Source: Fonticula alba ATCC 38817 (Eukaryota; Protista; Nucleariida). From it: a DNA stretch of 64,000 bases. Numbering within the stretch: the first letter of the stretch is position 1; each line of letters starts with the position of its first letter. Location: assembly GCA_000388065.2 (NCBI GenBank), contig KB932202.1; one strand, given 5' to 3'. Of the stretch, positions 26,958 through 39,651 are shown piece by piece. A program made the position numbers and the translations under genes. Below the pieces are notes generated by a model. That model was not told the DNA's origin. It ran no database searches and saw nothing but the letters and a program-made list of their open reading frames with translations.

Positions 26958-27329
26958 TCACTTCGGCGGGAGGCCGCGATAGGCGCGGTCGATAGTGGCA
27001 ACCTGGTCGACGAGCTCGGCCCATTGGGCGGCGTTCAGCATAATGCCTGGGACACGAGGAGAAAGGGGGAAGTGGGTGAGAAGGGGAAGGGGTCTGTGGC
27101 AGGAGTCGCAAGGAGGGGAGCGGTGTGGGGGGGGGCGGGGGAGGGAGGCAGGGAGGCAGGGACGCGTACCCTTCTTGGTCGGCAGAACTTGGCCGTTCGG
27201 GGCGTTGTAGTACTCGCGGATGTTGACATACTTGACACCACGGAAGGACGACAGCGTCACATGCTTAAAGTCGGAGAGCTGGGAGGCCGGCGAAAGGGGA
27301 CGAGATCAGTGGTTGGCGAACTTTGAGAA

Positions 27330-27368
<39 letters not shown>

Positions 27369-27969
27369 CGAGACAGCGGGTGCATGCTCCGCGCACCTTG
27401 AAGCAAATCTCGCCGGCGGAGTTCTCCGGGTAGCCGGACTTGGAGACAGCCTTCTTGGGGGCAGGCGCCTCCGGCTCGGCGTCCGAGGCATCGGAATCGC
27501 TGTCGGCGCTCCGGCGCTTGGCGGCCTTGGCCTTCTTGCGGCGCTTGCGCTCGGACTCGCTGTCAGAGTCGGAGTCAGAGGCGCCAGAGGAGTCGGAATC
27601 GCTGTCCGCGCGGCTGCGCTTCGAGCTCTTTGTCGAGCTCTTGCTCGGGGTGGACTTGTCCTTCTTCGGCTGCGGGAGGGTCGAGGACCCATGGCTGGGG
27701 GTTAGGGACGCCGGGGTCGGAGAGGGCCGGCTTCCAGGCCATGGGCAGGCGGGGAGAGGGGCAGATCGCCACGCACCTTGGTGACAACGACGGTGTTCTG
27801 TCCGGTTGACCGATGCAGCGCGACGCGAGCAGGGCCAGGAGTTGGTGAGAGCAAGTTAGCGGCGCTGGTGTCAATGCAGGAAGATGGGCACAGAATGCTG
27901 GCTGCCCACCTGGTCATCGCTGTCAGAGGACAGATCGTCCATGGTCAGCTGCTTCTTCTTGGAAGACAT
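26958..27969 (-). CDS. SUB1: Transcriptional coactivator PC4/Sub1 (exons 27969-27910, 27797-27777, 27669-27397, 27278-27170, 27046-26958)
   Basis: S/D/K-rich N-terminus followed by the PC4 domain FKLSDFKHVTLSSFRGVKYVNIREYY...LPTKKGIMLNAAQW. All junctions are in frame. Confidence 0.93.
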
Positions 27970-28269
27970 CGGAAACGCGAGGCAGGGAGGGGGGAGGGGG
28001 AGGGCGAGCGGGGCTTGCGATGAAGCAGGAGGACGGNNNNNNNNNNNNNNNNNNNNNNNNNNNNNNNNNNNNNNNNNNNNNNNNNNNNNNNNNNNNNNNN
28101 NNNNNNNNNNNNNNNNNNNNNNNNNNNNNNNNNNNNNNNNNNNNNNNNNNNNNNNNNNNNNNNNNNNNNNNNNNNNNNNNNNNNNNCCCGCCTGCCTCCC
28201 CCCCACGACTGCCTCCGCCTCCCCTCCCGTCTTGCCTTCTTGCTCCTCGCCACCCCCCTCCCCCTGGCG

Positions 28270-31200
28270 ATGCTCCAGATGCACCCGTCCGGTGGGTCGC
28301 CGGTCCTCTCGCAGGCCCCGCCACATGGCGCAATGCCCCTCAACATCAAGGGGATCTTCGAGCCGACCGGGCTCTTCCACGCGTTCCACCCGCTGCCGGC
28401 CCTGCAGCAAGTCCGCCCGGTGGACCGAGACAGATACTTCTCCGAGTGCTTGGGGTACCTGTCTCAAGAGATGATCAACTCGCGCACTCCCAGCCGCGAG
28501 CTGTCCAACGTGGCCGAATGCTACTGCATTGTCATGGTCCAGATCCAGGAGTGGGCCCCCTTTGTGTCCTTTTCGTCGCTGTGCGTCCTCCTGTGATGGT
28601 GGAGCGACTCCTCCTCCTCCTCCTCCTCCTCCTCCTCCTCTTCCTCCTTTTCCGCCCTTTCGCCTGCCCTCCCCTCCTACGTACACACACACACATACCA
28701 CCATGCATCGAGTGCTGAGCATCCCCCCCCCCTGCAGGTTTGACGGTCTCATTGGCTGCCTGCTGAAGTTCCTCCCCGCCCCGCGGCAGCTCGAGGGCCT
28801 GGCGCACTCGGCCATGCTGTCGGTGGCCGCGCAGGCGATGCTCACCTTGACGTCGCTTTTCTCCTTCGTTCGGGACCCGGCCGCTCCTCTCGCCCTGGGC
28901 CAAGTGATGTTTCCCTTGCAGCCGGGTGAGTGCCTCGCCGCGCGCCGGCATGAGTCCCTCTTCCAGCGCCTGCTGGCAACCTTGTTGGCGTACTGTACCC
29001 TGCCGCTGCCGGATTCCATAGCCTGGTTCCATCAAACCGTTCGTTCGCACAGGGGGCCCTTCTCTCCTTTTCCCTTCTTTTGTCCTTCTCTCCATGAGAC
29101 CTCCTGCTCTCGGCTTCTTTTCCCCTGCCCCCCCCCCCCCCCCCTCCGATAGACACACGCCCACATGCACATCCTGACCATCCCGCGGGCCACTGGGCAC
29201 TGACCAACGCTTTCCCCCCCCCCTCTCTCTCTCTCTCTCGGGGCTCTCCCCTTAGGCGGTCTCCTGCTTGACCGAGCTGGAGCGTATCATGCCCTGCCTG
29301 CTTTCAATCCATGCCATTCCCCTCCGGGATTCGCTGGCCCGCTTGTCGACTGCCGGTGCCTCTTCCCTTGTGGCGGTTCTGGCGCTGCTGATGATGGACA
29401 TCTCCCGCAATGCGCTTCTCATCATGGTATGTCCCCACATGGGCTTGACCGGACATGCTCCATCCCGCACGCGGGCTTTCCCCCGGCTTGGCGACCCACT
29501 GGCCTTCGTTCTCTGACACGCCTCCACAGTCGCCGACCCTGCCCGATCGGCCGCTCGAGCAGCCAGCCGCCCGGGAAAAGACGGGCGGCTTCTTCGGCCT
29601 GGGGCTGCCATCGCCGCCCTCGCGCGACACCTCGGCACACCGCGCCGCCCAGCCGCCCACCGACCAGAAGAACTTCCAGAACTTCATGCTGTCCGTGCGT
29701 TTGCCAGCTTGCTGGGGCTCCGCCCCCTGCGGCAGAGGCCCCCCTTGCTGACTGCTCCCCATGCGCCCGCCTGTGCAACTCCCTCGGTCAGGTCTATCGC
29801 GCGGGCCAGACTCGCGCCATCGAGGCCTGCCCGACTTTTGCCCCGGCCCTGTTGCTGGCCTTGATCACGGACTTCTTTGCATCCGACGCGCTGGCCCCCT
29901 TCACCCCGACGCGGGTGCGCCCCCTGCCCCTGGCCCGGGACTTGAACAGCCTGGCATATCGCCTATCGACGCACTTTGATCCGTGCCTGCTGCAGGCGCA
30001 CCTGCTGCTGAGCGAGCTGCTCTACTCCTTCACGGCACAGGGGGCCGCCGGAGCTGGCCGAGCGCCATCCACAGCCACGCTATCCTACGAGGCGGAAGAC
30101 CAGCTGGAGGAGGCCATGAGCTCGCTGGCCCTGCGCATTTGCCTGTTCGCCAACATTCCCTGGATGTGCGCACCCCCTGATGCCTTTTGCCACCAGCGGG
30201 GGCCGCAGGGCGGGAGGCGAAGCCCCTCCCTCTCTCCCTCCCCCGCCTCCCCCCCCCCCCTTTCGCCCCCAGCTTGCGCGACTCTGCCCCCATGCTGACA
30301 CGCGTGCCCACCAGCTCAATCCCCGCGCGGGTGCTTACTCTTTCGTGGTTGGAGCAACTTTTCCGGCGCCAACTCTCCCGGTCTCGGAGTTTGGAGCTCC
30401 TGGCCACCATCGGCCTGCCGCGGGCACTGCCCTTCCTGCTTCCCACCTCGGTCGATCCGGTTGGCATCCGCGCGGCCAAGCTGCGCGTGCTGCTGTATGC
30501 CTTTGACAAGGCCTGTCGGCTGGGGCGTCTGCCTGAGTCCGGCCCGGCCGATGGGGGGGTCGTCCCCCTGGCGGGCGACTCGGAGGCCGACAACCAGTGG
30601 AAGCTCCCCCTCGCGTCGAATCTCCTGCGGCTGCTGGAGTGCCTGGACAGGGACCTGCAGCGTGAGGCGCTGGCTGGTGCGGTGGCCGGGTCCCGGGCCG
30701 AGGCCACGACCTTCCTGCGCCCGGCCATGGTGGCCCTCTTCGACACGCTGGAGCTGGTGGTCCGGCACTTCCCGGACTTTGTGCCGACATTCAGCATGTG
30801 CGCAATGCTCCCGCCCCGGGTGGCGGCCTGGTCTGCGCCTGCCTTTTGCGCCGAGACGCCTGTGTCTCCCCGGCTTTGCCCCTCGCTCCGCCGATCCGCC
30901 CCGCCACCCCACCCCAATCACCTGTCCCTGCTCTACTTTGTCTCACACCCATGCACATGCTCGCCACTTCCCCCCCCCCCCCCCCTTCCGCGAGCAGATA
31001 CACCGTGGCTCGGATGATTCGACTCCCGTCGCTGACGCGCGGCGTGCTGGACTTCATTCGGCGCATCTCAGCCGGCGACGGTCCAGCCGATGCCGGGGCC
31101 CGGCGCTTCCGCCAGACCCTCCTCAGCCAGTTTGTGGCCTGCCTCCGGTCGGGCTCGCTGCGCATGCAGGTTGAGTACATTCCCCTGTGCACTCTTTCGC

Positions 31201-32855
31201 TGTCAGATCGGTTCACCGACCCGGCGGTGCGTCCTCGGCCGGCCCCTTTCGCCACCGCCCTCTCCCCGTGGTCTGGGGCCACCTTTGGCGCTTCGTGTTG
31301 ACATTTCCCCGCTCCCTCCGTGCCCTCGCTCCCCGTGTAGCCGGTGATCCTCTCGCTCATTGGCGCCCTCCGGCTCCAAAGCAGCCAGTGGTGGCGCAGC
31401 CAGGCCGGAGCCGATGGCCTGCTGCAGCTGGCTCGGGCGGCCATCATCACCCATGCGACCCCGGTGCCCCTGGAAGCCCATCTCCCGGCGCACCAGCTCC
31501 AGGCACAGGCCGAGGCCTCGGCCGAGGCCGGGGCTCGGCGCATTCGCGGCCCGCTGGCGGCTCTGCTGTCTCTGCTCGCGCGGGGACATCCCTGCGCTGC
31601 GGCCCGGGCCGACGCGCGCTTCTTGCACACGCTGCTGGCCCGGCTCTCGGCCGATCGCCTGTACTCGGTTCTCTCGCCTCTGGTGTCCAACCTGACCGGC
31701 AGCGCGCAGGAGACCAGCCAGTCCGCCCTCATGACGGCCAATGACATTGCCTTGCTGCTTCCCCCGACGCGCGATGACACCCCGGAAGACAGCAACATCG
31801 TGATTGAGACCGATGTCCCGGTGCTGGCCCTGCGCCGGGTGGTCTGTGCCGCCGGGAGTCCCGCGGCAGGCCCCGGGGCCTGGGCGGGGCTGCTCTTCGA
31901 AGACCGGTCTGGTGCTGACTCCGGCACTCCGGCGGTGCTGGACTATCTTCGGTCGATCAATGGCCCGGGCCGGCGCTCGGTTTCCCTCACACTCGAAGTG
32001 CAGATGCAAGGTGCGTGCCTTCGGAATCGGATCCATATCGGCTCCTTTCTCCCTTCCCCCTCCCCGCCCCTCGCCTCTGATCGATGTGCTTGCTCACATG
32101 GATCTCTTCGGGCATTTGCCCCTGCCCCTGCCCCCTCTGATCCGGGCGCCCCCAGCCAACGCTTTGGCCCTGGCCTTGGCCAAGTTCTCCGACCCGGAGG
32201 CCACCACGGAGGAGCTCCAGGCGACCGAGTCGCTGGCGCCGATGGGCAAGCTTTTTGCCGCGCGCATCGGCCTGTCGCAGGCCCACACGAACATTTCTCA
32301 TATTGGCGGCGATGCCCGCCCCACCGGCCGTGTCCAGGCCCAGCCGGCCATCCTGCATCAGCCCGTCGAGCTGGAGCTGCCATACTTGGAGGAGACACGA
32401 CACACGGCCGAGGCGTCGCCCTACTCGACATGTGCGCGCACCGAGCTCCCTTTCGCTCCTTCTTCCTCCTCCCTGCCTCCCGTCCCCCCTCTACCTCCAC
32501 ATGTCTGACCGGCTGCCCTGCCGACAGCCACGTACGCCCGAGTGTCCCTGCCGATCTCGGCCCCGAGCCCCTTCAGTCTTGCCGCCTGCATCTTGTCCTC
32601 GAGCACGGTTGACGGCCGCACCCTCCTCGGACCGGTGACCATTTTGCCGACCCTCTTCGACGCGACCCCCGGCACCGGGTCGACGATGCTGGCCGCCGGG
32701 TCGCCGGATGCCGATCGCATGGACACCGCCGCTTCGCTGGAGCTCCACTTTGAGGACCTCTGTCGCCCGCTGGGCTTCGAGGTGCGTCCGCCAAAAGCGA
32801 CCCTGTCCGGGCCCCTCACATTTCAGGCTATGAGCTTTCGCTCTCTGACTCCCCC

Positions 32856-32894
<39 letters not shown>

Positions 32895-33526
32895 CTCGTT
32901 TTCTGCTTGGCCGCCCACTCCCACTCGTCTCTTGCCAGCCCTCCGCCCTGGCGCCGATCTTCGACCATCTATGGCACTGGCTTGGCAGCCTGCTGCTGAG
33001 CGATCTGGACGCCTCGCGCTCCTTTGAGGCCGGCCCCTCCAGCCAATGCTCCTTCTCGGCCATCAGCGACAGGTACGCACCTTCACCCCGCCCCCCCTCC
33101 CCCCTCCTCGTCTCCTTCTCTCGCTCTTTCGGCCTCCCCTCGCTCGGCACACTCATCAAGACGGAACTCCCTCCTTCCACCCTACCCTCCTGTAGCCACC
33201 CTGGCATCGAGCCGTATGAAGCCATCGTGCGCGTGTCGCAGAAGAACTTGCCCATGCTGCTGCGCTTCCTCAGCCCGTATGCCGTCCCGCGGGAGACCCA
33301 CGGGTCGGAACCCGCCGGCGGGGCCGCCACCAGCGACTACCTGGTGGCCCTCCCTCCGCGCTACCACCTCCTGCTGCGAGTGGACACCCCGGCGAAGGCT
33401 GACTCCGGCAATCTGCTGGCCGTGGCGCCGCCACTTCCCCAGGCGGCCGGCGACCGGCTGGCTGTTCGTGTGCGCACTGACCATCCGGCCATCCTGGTGC
33501 ATGCCACCAGCTTTTTGAAGCGCTAG
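28270..33526 (+). CDS. AP5B1: AP-5 adaptor complex beta-1 subunit, multi-exon
   Basis: RVLTLSWL...LLPTSVDPVGIRAAKLRVL, WW...LLQLARAAIITH, RADARFLHTLL and C-terminal LVALPPRYHLLLRV...VRVRTDHPAILVHATSFL* match recalled AP5B1 blocks. The first two introns were verified in frame (28581-28737, 29039-29255). Confidence 0.8.
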
Positions 33527-35083
33527 AGAGGGCGCCGTGTGTGGGTGCAGTTTCCCGAGCCCCGGATGGGCGCCCTTGCCTCCCTTGGCCCCCCCCCCCC
33601 CCTCCCCCGGTCTCCCGTCCTCCCGCTCCCTGTTTCTCTCCCCGTGCCTCTTCTGTTCCTCGCGCCTGAAAAAAAAATACACAATCCCCAGCCGGGAATC
33701 CCCGCCCCCGGGTGGTCGCGCGCCGGCGTAGCCCACAAGCCTGTGCTGCCTTTGCAGCACCGAGATGCTCTCCATTCTTGGCCGAGGGAGCGCCAACCGC
33801 GCCATTTCCCCGACAAAAATGGCCAGGCCCTTAGGTTGGCGAAAATTCCGGCTTCTGCCGAAATGGCCCTCAGGAGGAGCGTCCCTGTGCGTGGTTCGAC
33901 CCTGCCCTGGTGGCCCTGGGGGCCCGGCCAGTGTAGAATGCCCAATATAAATGCGGGTCTTTCGGCTGCCGGAGCTGGCCTGGCAGAGTAGGAGGGAGTG
34001 CCCGCGCCCCGACGTTCGCGCCAGTCTTTGCTGCCAGTGCACTCGTCCTCTCCCCCCCCGCCCTGCTGGGTGGGAGTGCAGATATTTCCGCATAACATTC
34101 CTCCCCATTGTGGACTTCAGCCTGTATTCCGTGTGATGCGGGCGGGTCACTCGCGCGGTGGAGCGCCCGGGCGGGGCGGGGGGGGGGGGGGGCGTGGGCG
34201 CGCGACGGGGCCAAGGAGCCTCGGCCCGTGGGCGCGCGCCCCACGCATTCGCCTGGGAGCCTATCTCGGGGGCCGGGAAGGGTTCTCCTCCGGCAAGTCG
34301 AGCGTCTGGACAGAGCAGATCTTCTTGCGAGGTGCTGATGGGGTATCCTACGGTGAACGCCGGGTGGCGGGGGGGGGGGGGGCCAGAAACGGGGGCCTGT
34401 CTCGCTCCGACCTCCGCCCCCCGCCCCCACCCCCCGGGGGCGGGGAGGCCATGGCCGGTGGGGCACGTCCCTGCCCGCCGGGAGCGGGGTGCCCAGGGCC
34501 TATCTCCCGCCCACGAAAGAAGGGCTGCCCCGGGGAATACACGCCAGCTTGGCGGCCTCTTCACGAACCGGCGCGCGCGCGCGCGGGTGTGAATGTGCCG
34601 CGGAGCGCCCCCCGAGCGTGCTTCAGGGGGGGGTCGAAGCCGTTCAATGGCCGCCCTTTTTCACTTTGGCAGCTCGGGATAAAAGGGGAATACCAGCGAC
34701 CGGGCGCGTGTGTCTGGCCTGGGGGCCGTCGTGCAAAATGGCCCCCGCCCCGCACAAGGGATATCTTTTGTCCGAGGCCCCGGCGTCTTTCGGAGAGCGA
34801 CGAGCGGGGGGGGCTAGGGATCTTGCGCCCGGGGCCCCCCGGTGCGGGGCGATGTTTGGCCCAGCGGTCACCCAACAGGGGGGGTGTGGGGGCGGGGCAC
34901 GCGCCGAAAACGCTCGGAGATTTCTTTTCAGGCTGCTCCCTGCAGGCATGTCGGCGGACGGGCAGGCACCCTCTCTCAAACCTCCCCCCTTATTCCCCCC
35001 CTCCTCCCCCCCCCCGTTTTCCCACCGCCTCACCTTCATCTCCGTTTCCTCCCCTTCAGGTCCCCCACCTTCCCAGAGTCACG

Positions 35084-38000
35084 ATGCTGAAGCGCATGAG
35101 ATCGCGCGTCGTCAAAGGCGGGACCCCCGCCGGCGGCGAGGAGGAGGAAGGCAATACCTTCAACTTTGAGTATAAGGTTGTCGTGCACTCGGCCGACATC
35201 GTGGTCGCCGACAAGAATTGGTAGGCTCTCCCCCCCCGTGACCGTCCCTCCNNNNNNNNNNNNNNNNNNNNNNNNNNNNNNNNNNNNNNNNNNNNNNNNN
35301 NNNNNNNNNNNNNNNNNNNNNNNNNNNNNNNNNNNNNNNNNNNNNNNNNNNNNNNNNNNNNNNNNNNNNNNNNNNNNNNNNNNNNNNNNNNNNNNNNNNN
35401 NNNNNNNNNNNNNNNNNNNNNNNNNNNNNNNNNNNNNNNNNNNNNNNNNNNNNNNNNNNNNNNNNNNNNNNNNNNNNNNNNNNNNNNNNNNNNNNNNNNN
35501 NNNNNNNNNNNNNNNNNNNNNNNNNNNNNNNNNNNNNNNNNNNNNNNNNNNNNNNNNNNNNNNNNNNNNNNNNNNNNNNNNNNNNNNNNNNNNNNNNNNN
35601 NNNNNNNNNNNNNNNNNNNNNNNNNNNNNNNNNNNNNNNNNNNNNNNNNNNNNNNNNNNNNNNNNNNNNNNNNNNNNNNNNNNNNNNNNNNNNNNNNCCC
35701 CCCCCCGCTTCCCCTCGCCGGCCATTGTTCCCCCCACCCAAAGGGTCCCTGAGAAGCTGGTGGTCGAGTGGAAACGTCACCAGCGTATCGCCGCCACGTC
35801 CGGCGTCTCAGCCCCGAAGTTGGCCCGGTCGAACCTCCCCCACTCGATCGACATGGCCGACGAGCCGCTGGTCATGCTGGTCCGGCTGAACAAGCTGGAC
35901 CCCGCCGGCGAGACGACCGTCTCCCGGACGGCCTCCTCTCCCAGTGGCGGCGCCTTCCAGCCGAAGGACTACAAGTTCTCGCTGGACGACGTGCGCAGCG
36001 TCCGCGGCAAGGGCAAGAAGACCCTCGGCAGCGCCACCCTCGACCTGTCGCCCTTCGCCAGCATCGACGGGTCCACCACGCACGAACACACCATCACCCT
36101 GCAGTCGCAGTCGTCCAAGATCAAGTCCGGCACCATTCGCGTCAGCATCAGCAGCCAGTTCATCGGCCGCGGTAACCACGACGACTACGAGCCCAGCATT
36201 GCCAGTGCCTTCAGCTTCCGCACGGTCGATGCCCGAGCCCTGGACAGCAGTGATGAGGAGGACGACGACGATGATGACGGCCCGAGCCTCGCCGACACGC
36301 CCATCACCATCGAGCAAGAGTGCGCCCCCCNNNNNNNNNNNNNNNNNNNNNNNNNNNNNNNNNNNNNNNNNNNNNNNNNNNNNNNNNNNNNNNNNNNNNN
36401 NNNNNNNNNNNNNNNNNNNNNNNNNNNNNNNNNNNNNNNNNNNNNNNNNNNNCCCCCCCCCCGATGACATCCCGGCTTGTGCGCCAACCCCGCGGGCCTT
36501 TCATGTGTGCCCTTGTGCTGACCGAACACACTCTCCCTCCCACTGCCCCTCCCTCGACGCCTGCCCCTGTAGCATTCGCTCGCGATTCCATCCGATCGCC
36601 AAGCCAGCCTACTCCGGCGGCGTGTCGACCGATTCCCTGCCTAGCAGCACTCCGCTGGACTCCTCCCCCGGGGACCTTCATTCGGCCGGGAGCTCTGCCC
36701 TCGGCATGTCCCCGGAGCCGGCCAGCAGCAACCCCTTCGAGTCGGATCCGGGCCCCGCGTCGGCGGCCGGCCGCTCGGGCCCCCCCTCCGGCCTGACCCG
36801 GGCCCCGGCGATGGCCCCCGGCGAAGAGCCCTCGGTGGCGCACATGCACGCCATTAACACCCCCTCCCCGGGGTTCGAGCCGCTGCCGGCGGACTTTTCC
36901 TCGTCCGTGCCGGACCAGCCGAAGATCCGCGTGTCGGCGCCGACGACGGTGCCCATTGGCGGCGCCGGATCGCCGGAACTCGAGGCGCAAATCCGCGAAC
37001 TCCGCGAGCAGCTGAGCAATGTCATGCGCGAGCGCGACGAGGTCATCGAGGACTCGCAGCTGCTGGAGCAGCAGCTGTCTCGCCTGCGCGAGCGCCTGGC
37101 CGCCGAGTCGGCCCAAGCGCGCTCCGCCATCCCGGAGCTCAACAAGGAGATCGAGCGCCTGCGCGAGAAGAATGGCGCCCTGCAGGAGGAAATCGCCCGG
37201 GCGGCCGCGACGCCGGCCCTGTCGCGCTCATCGGACAGCCTGGGCAACGCACAGGCCGCGGCCGCGGCCGCCTCGGCCCTGAGCTTGGTCGAGCAGAAGT
37301 CCGGGGAGATTGAGCAGCTCCGCCAGCAGCTGGCCGAGAAGAATGCCGAAATCAGCCGGCTGATGGACGCCACCCAGGAGCGGGACAGCGAAATCGAGCA
37401 GATGTCCGACGAGCTGGCCGAGAAGACTCGCGCCCTGAAGGCGGCCCAGCAGAAGCTCCAGGAGAATGAGCGCGCCACCCGGGGCCTGGAGAAGGACGTG
37501 GAGGATGCCCGCCGGCAGGCGGACGATCTGCGCCGGAACTTCGACCAGCACAAGCTCCGGTCCAAGGCCGACCAGGATACCGCGCAAACGGCCCTGGCGG
37601 CGCAGCTGCAGGCCGCACAGACGGCCCGGCATGATGCCGAGCGCCGGGCCCAGGCCCTCGAGGAGGATCTCGAGCGGTCGGAGCGCGAGGCCGACGAGCA
37701 GCTGGCCCAGTTTGAGCAGCGCATTTCCAAGCTCCGGGCCAAGCATCACGACGAGGTGAATGCCCTGCAGGAGGAGCTGGACCGGGTGACCGCGCGCATG
37801 CTCCATGCCGAGGAGCAGGCCGCGTCGGCCAGCTCGGCCCTCGGCCTGGCCGATAACCAGGCGGCCCAGGCCGCGGCTCGGGCCCTGGCGGAGTCCGAAA
37901 ACATGGAGAGCGCCCGGTCGGCGGCCGAGGCGGCTGCCACCACGGCGCAGCAGGCTCGCGCCGATGCCGAAGCCGCGGCCCGTGCCACCACCGAGGCCCG

Positions 38001-38460
38001 GACCGAGGTGGCCATCCTGCAGCGTGAGCTCCGCGAGGCGGTGCGCGCCCGTGACCAGGCCATCGAGGACCTGGAGGGCGAGCGCCTGGCGGCGCAGGCT
38101 GCCCGCCGGGAGGCCGAGCGTGCCCGCAAGTCCGCCGAGGACCACACGGCCACCATCTCCTCCCTGCGCGCCGAGCTGTCGCAGACCCACTCGTCGGCCG
38201 AGCTGGCCCTCAAGGAGGCCACGGCCGCGGCCCAGGCATCTGCCCAGCAGATGGTCGAGGACACGCAGGCGTACGCGACCGAGCTCATGGGCGATCTGGT
38301 CATGGCCAAGATGTCCCTCGCCGAGACGGAGTACGCTCGGGCCCAGGCCGAGCTGAAGAATCGCTCCATCGCCCGGGACCTGGCCAAGGAGAAGCTCAAA
38401 TCCATCGAGCTCGGCAAGCGCCTTACCTCGTTGGAGGTTCGGGCGTCTTCGCGCCGGTAA
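35084..38460 (+). CDS. NT-C2 (EEIG1/EHBP1-type) domain protein with a long coiled coil (exons 35084-35220, 35744-36319, 36573-38460)
   Basis: FEYKVVVHSA, KLVVEWKR, FQPKDYKFSL, KKTLGSATLDLSPFA and IRVSISSQFI are the NT-C2 pattern. These are followed by an acidic linker and about 480 aa of heptad-rich E/Q/A/R/L sequence. Junction phases are consistent. Confidence 0.85.
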
Positions 38461-39620
38461 GAAAAGGGGCGCGAAAGGCGTGTATGTGTGTGTGTGTGGG
38501 GGGGGGGGGGGGGGGGGCGGGGAGGTCGCGGCGTCGCTCCCCATCGCGCCCGCGCTGTCGTGTACGGCGGGTCTCCCCTCTTTCCCCCGCGGGAGGCCAG
38601 GCCCCCCTCCCCCTCTCCCACTCCTCCCTTTCTCCTCCGGCTTGGCTTTCTTGTTCACATTTTCACCTCCAAAATAGAAACTTCACCTTCTTCGTTGGTT
38701 TGTTTCAAAGCCGATAGGAACGCGTCCCGTGATCGGGTGGTCGCGTGATGCGGGCGCGTCGGGCCGCATACCACTCCTGCCAAGTTGGGAACCGGCGGGG
38801 GGGGCTCCAAGTCATGGACCGGCGTGCAAGGCACACGAGAGGCCGCCCGATCAAGTCATCGATCCTGTGCGNNNNNNNNNNNNNNNNNNNNNNNNNNNNN
38901 NNNNNNNNNNNNNNNNNNNNNNNNNNNNNNNNNNNNNNNNNNNNNNNNNNNNNNNNNNNNNNNNNNNNNNNNNNNNNNNNNNNNNNNNNNNNNNNNNNNN
39001 NNNNNNNNNNNNNNNNNNNNNNNNNNNNNNNNNNNNNNNNNNNNNNNNNNNNNNNNNNNNNNNNNNNNNNNNNNNNNNNNNNNNNNNNNNNNNNNNNNNN
39101 NNNNNNNNNNNNNNNNNNNNNNNNNNNNNNNNNNNNNNNNNNNNNNNNNNNNNNNNNNNNNNNNNNNNNNNNNNNNNNNNNNNNNNNNNNNNNNNNNNNN
39201 NNNNNNNNNNNNNNNNNNNNNNNNNNNNNNNNNNNNNNNNNNNNNNNNNNNNNNNNNNNNNNNNNNNNNNNNNNNNNNNNNNNNNNNNNNNNNNNNNNNN
39301 NNNNNNNNNNNNNNNNNNNNNNNNNNNNNNNNNNNNNNNNNNNNNNNNNNNNNNNNNNNNNNNNNNNNNNNNNNNNNNNNNNNNNNNNNNNNNNNNNNNN
39401 NNNNNNNNNNNNNNNNNNNNNNNNNNNNNNNNNNNNNNNNNNNNNNNNNNNNNNNNNNNNNNNNNNNNNNNNNNNNNNNNNNNNNNNNNNNNNNNNNNNN
39501 NNNNNNNNNNNNNNNNNNNNNNNNNNNNNNNNNNNNNNNNNNNNNNNNNNNNNNNNNNNNNNNNNNNNNNNNNNNNNNNNNNNNNNNNNNNNNNNNNNNN
39601 NNNNNNNNNNNNNNNNNNNG

Positions 39621-39651
<31 letters not shown>

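Noticed and set aside
33893-33902. B-box-like GGTTCGACCC suggesting a tRNA or SINE
   Set aside because: No cloverleaf, no properly spaced A box and no T-run terminator.
34133-38756. Shared 12-mer GTGATGCGGGCG at 34133 and 38745, downstream of two genes
   Set aside because: Only two GC-rich copies at different distances from the stops; compatible with chance.
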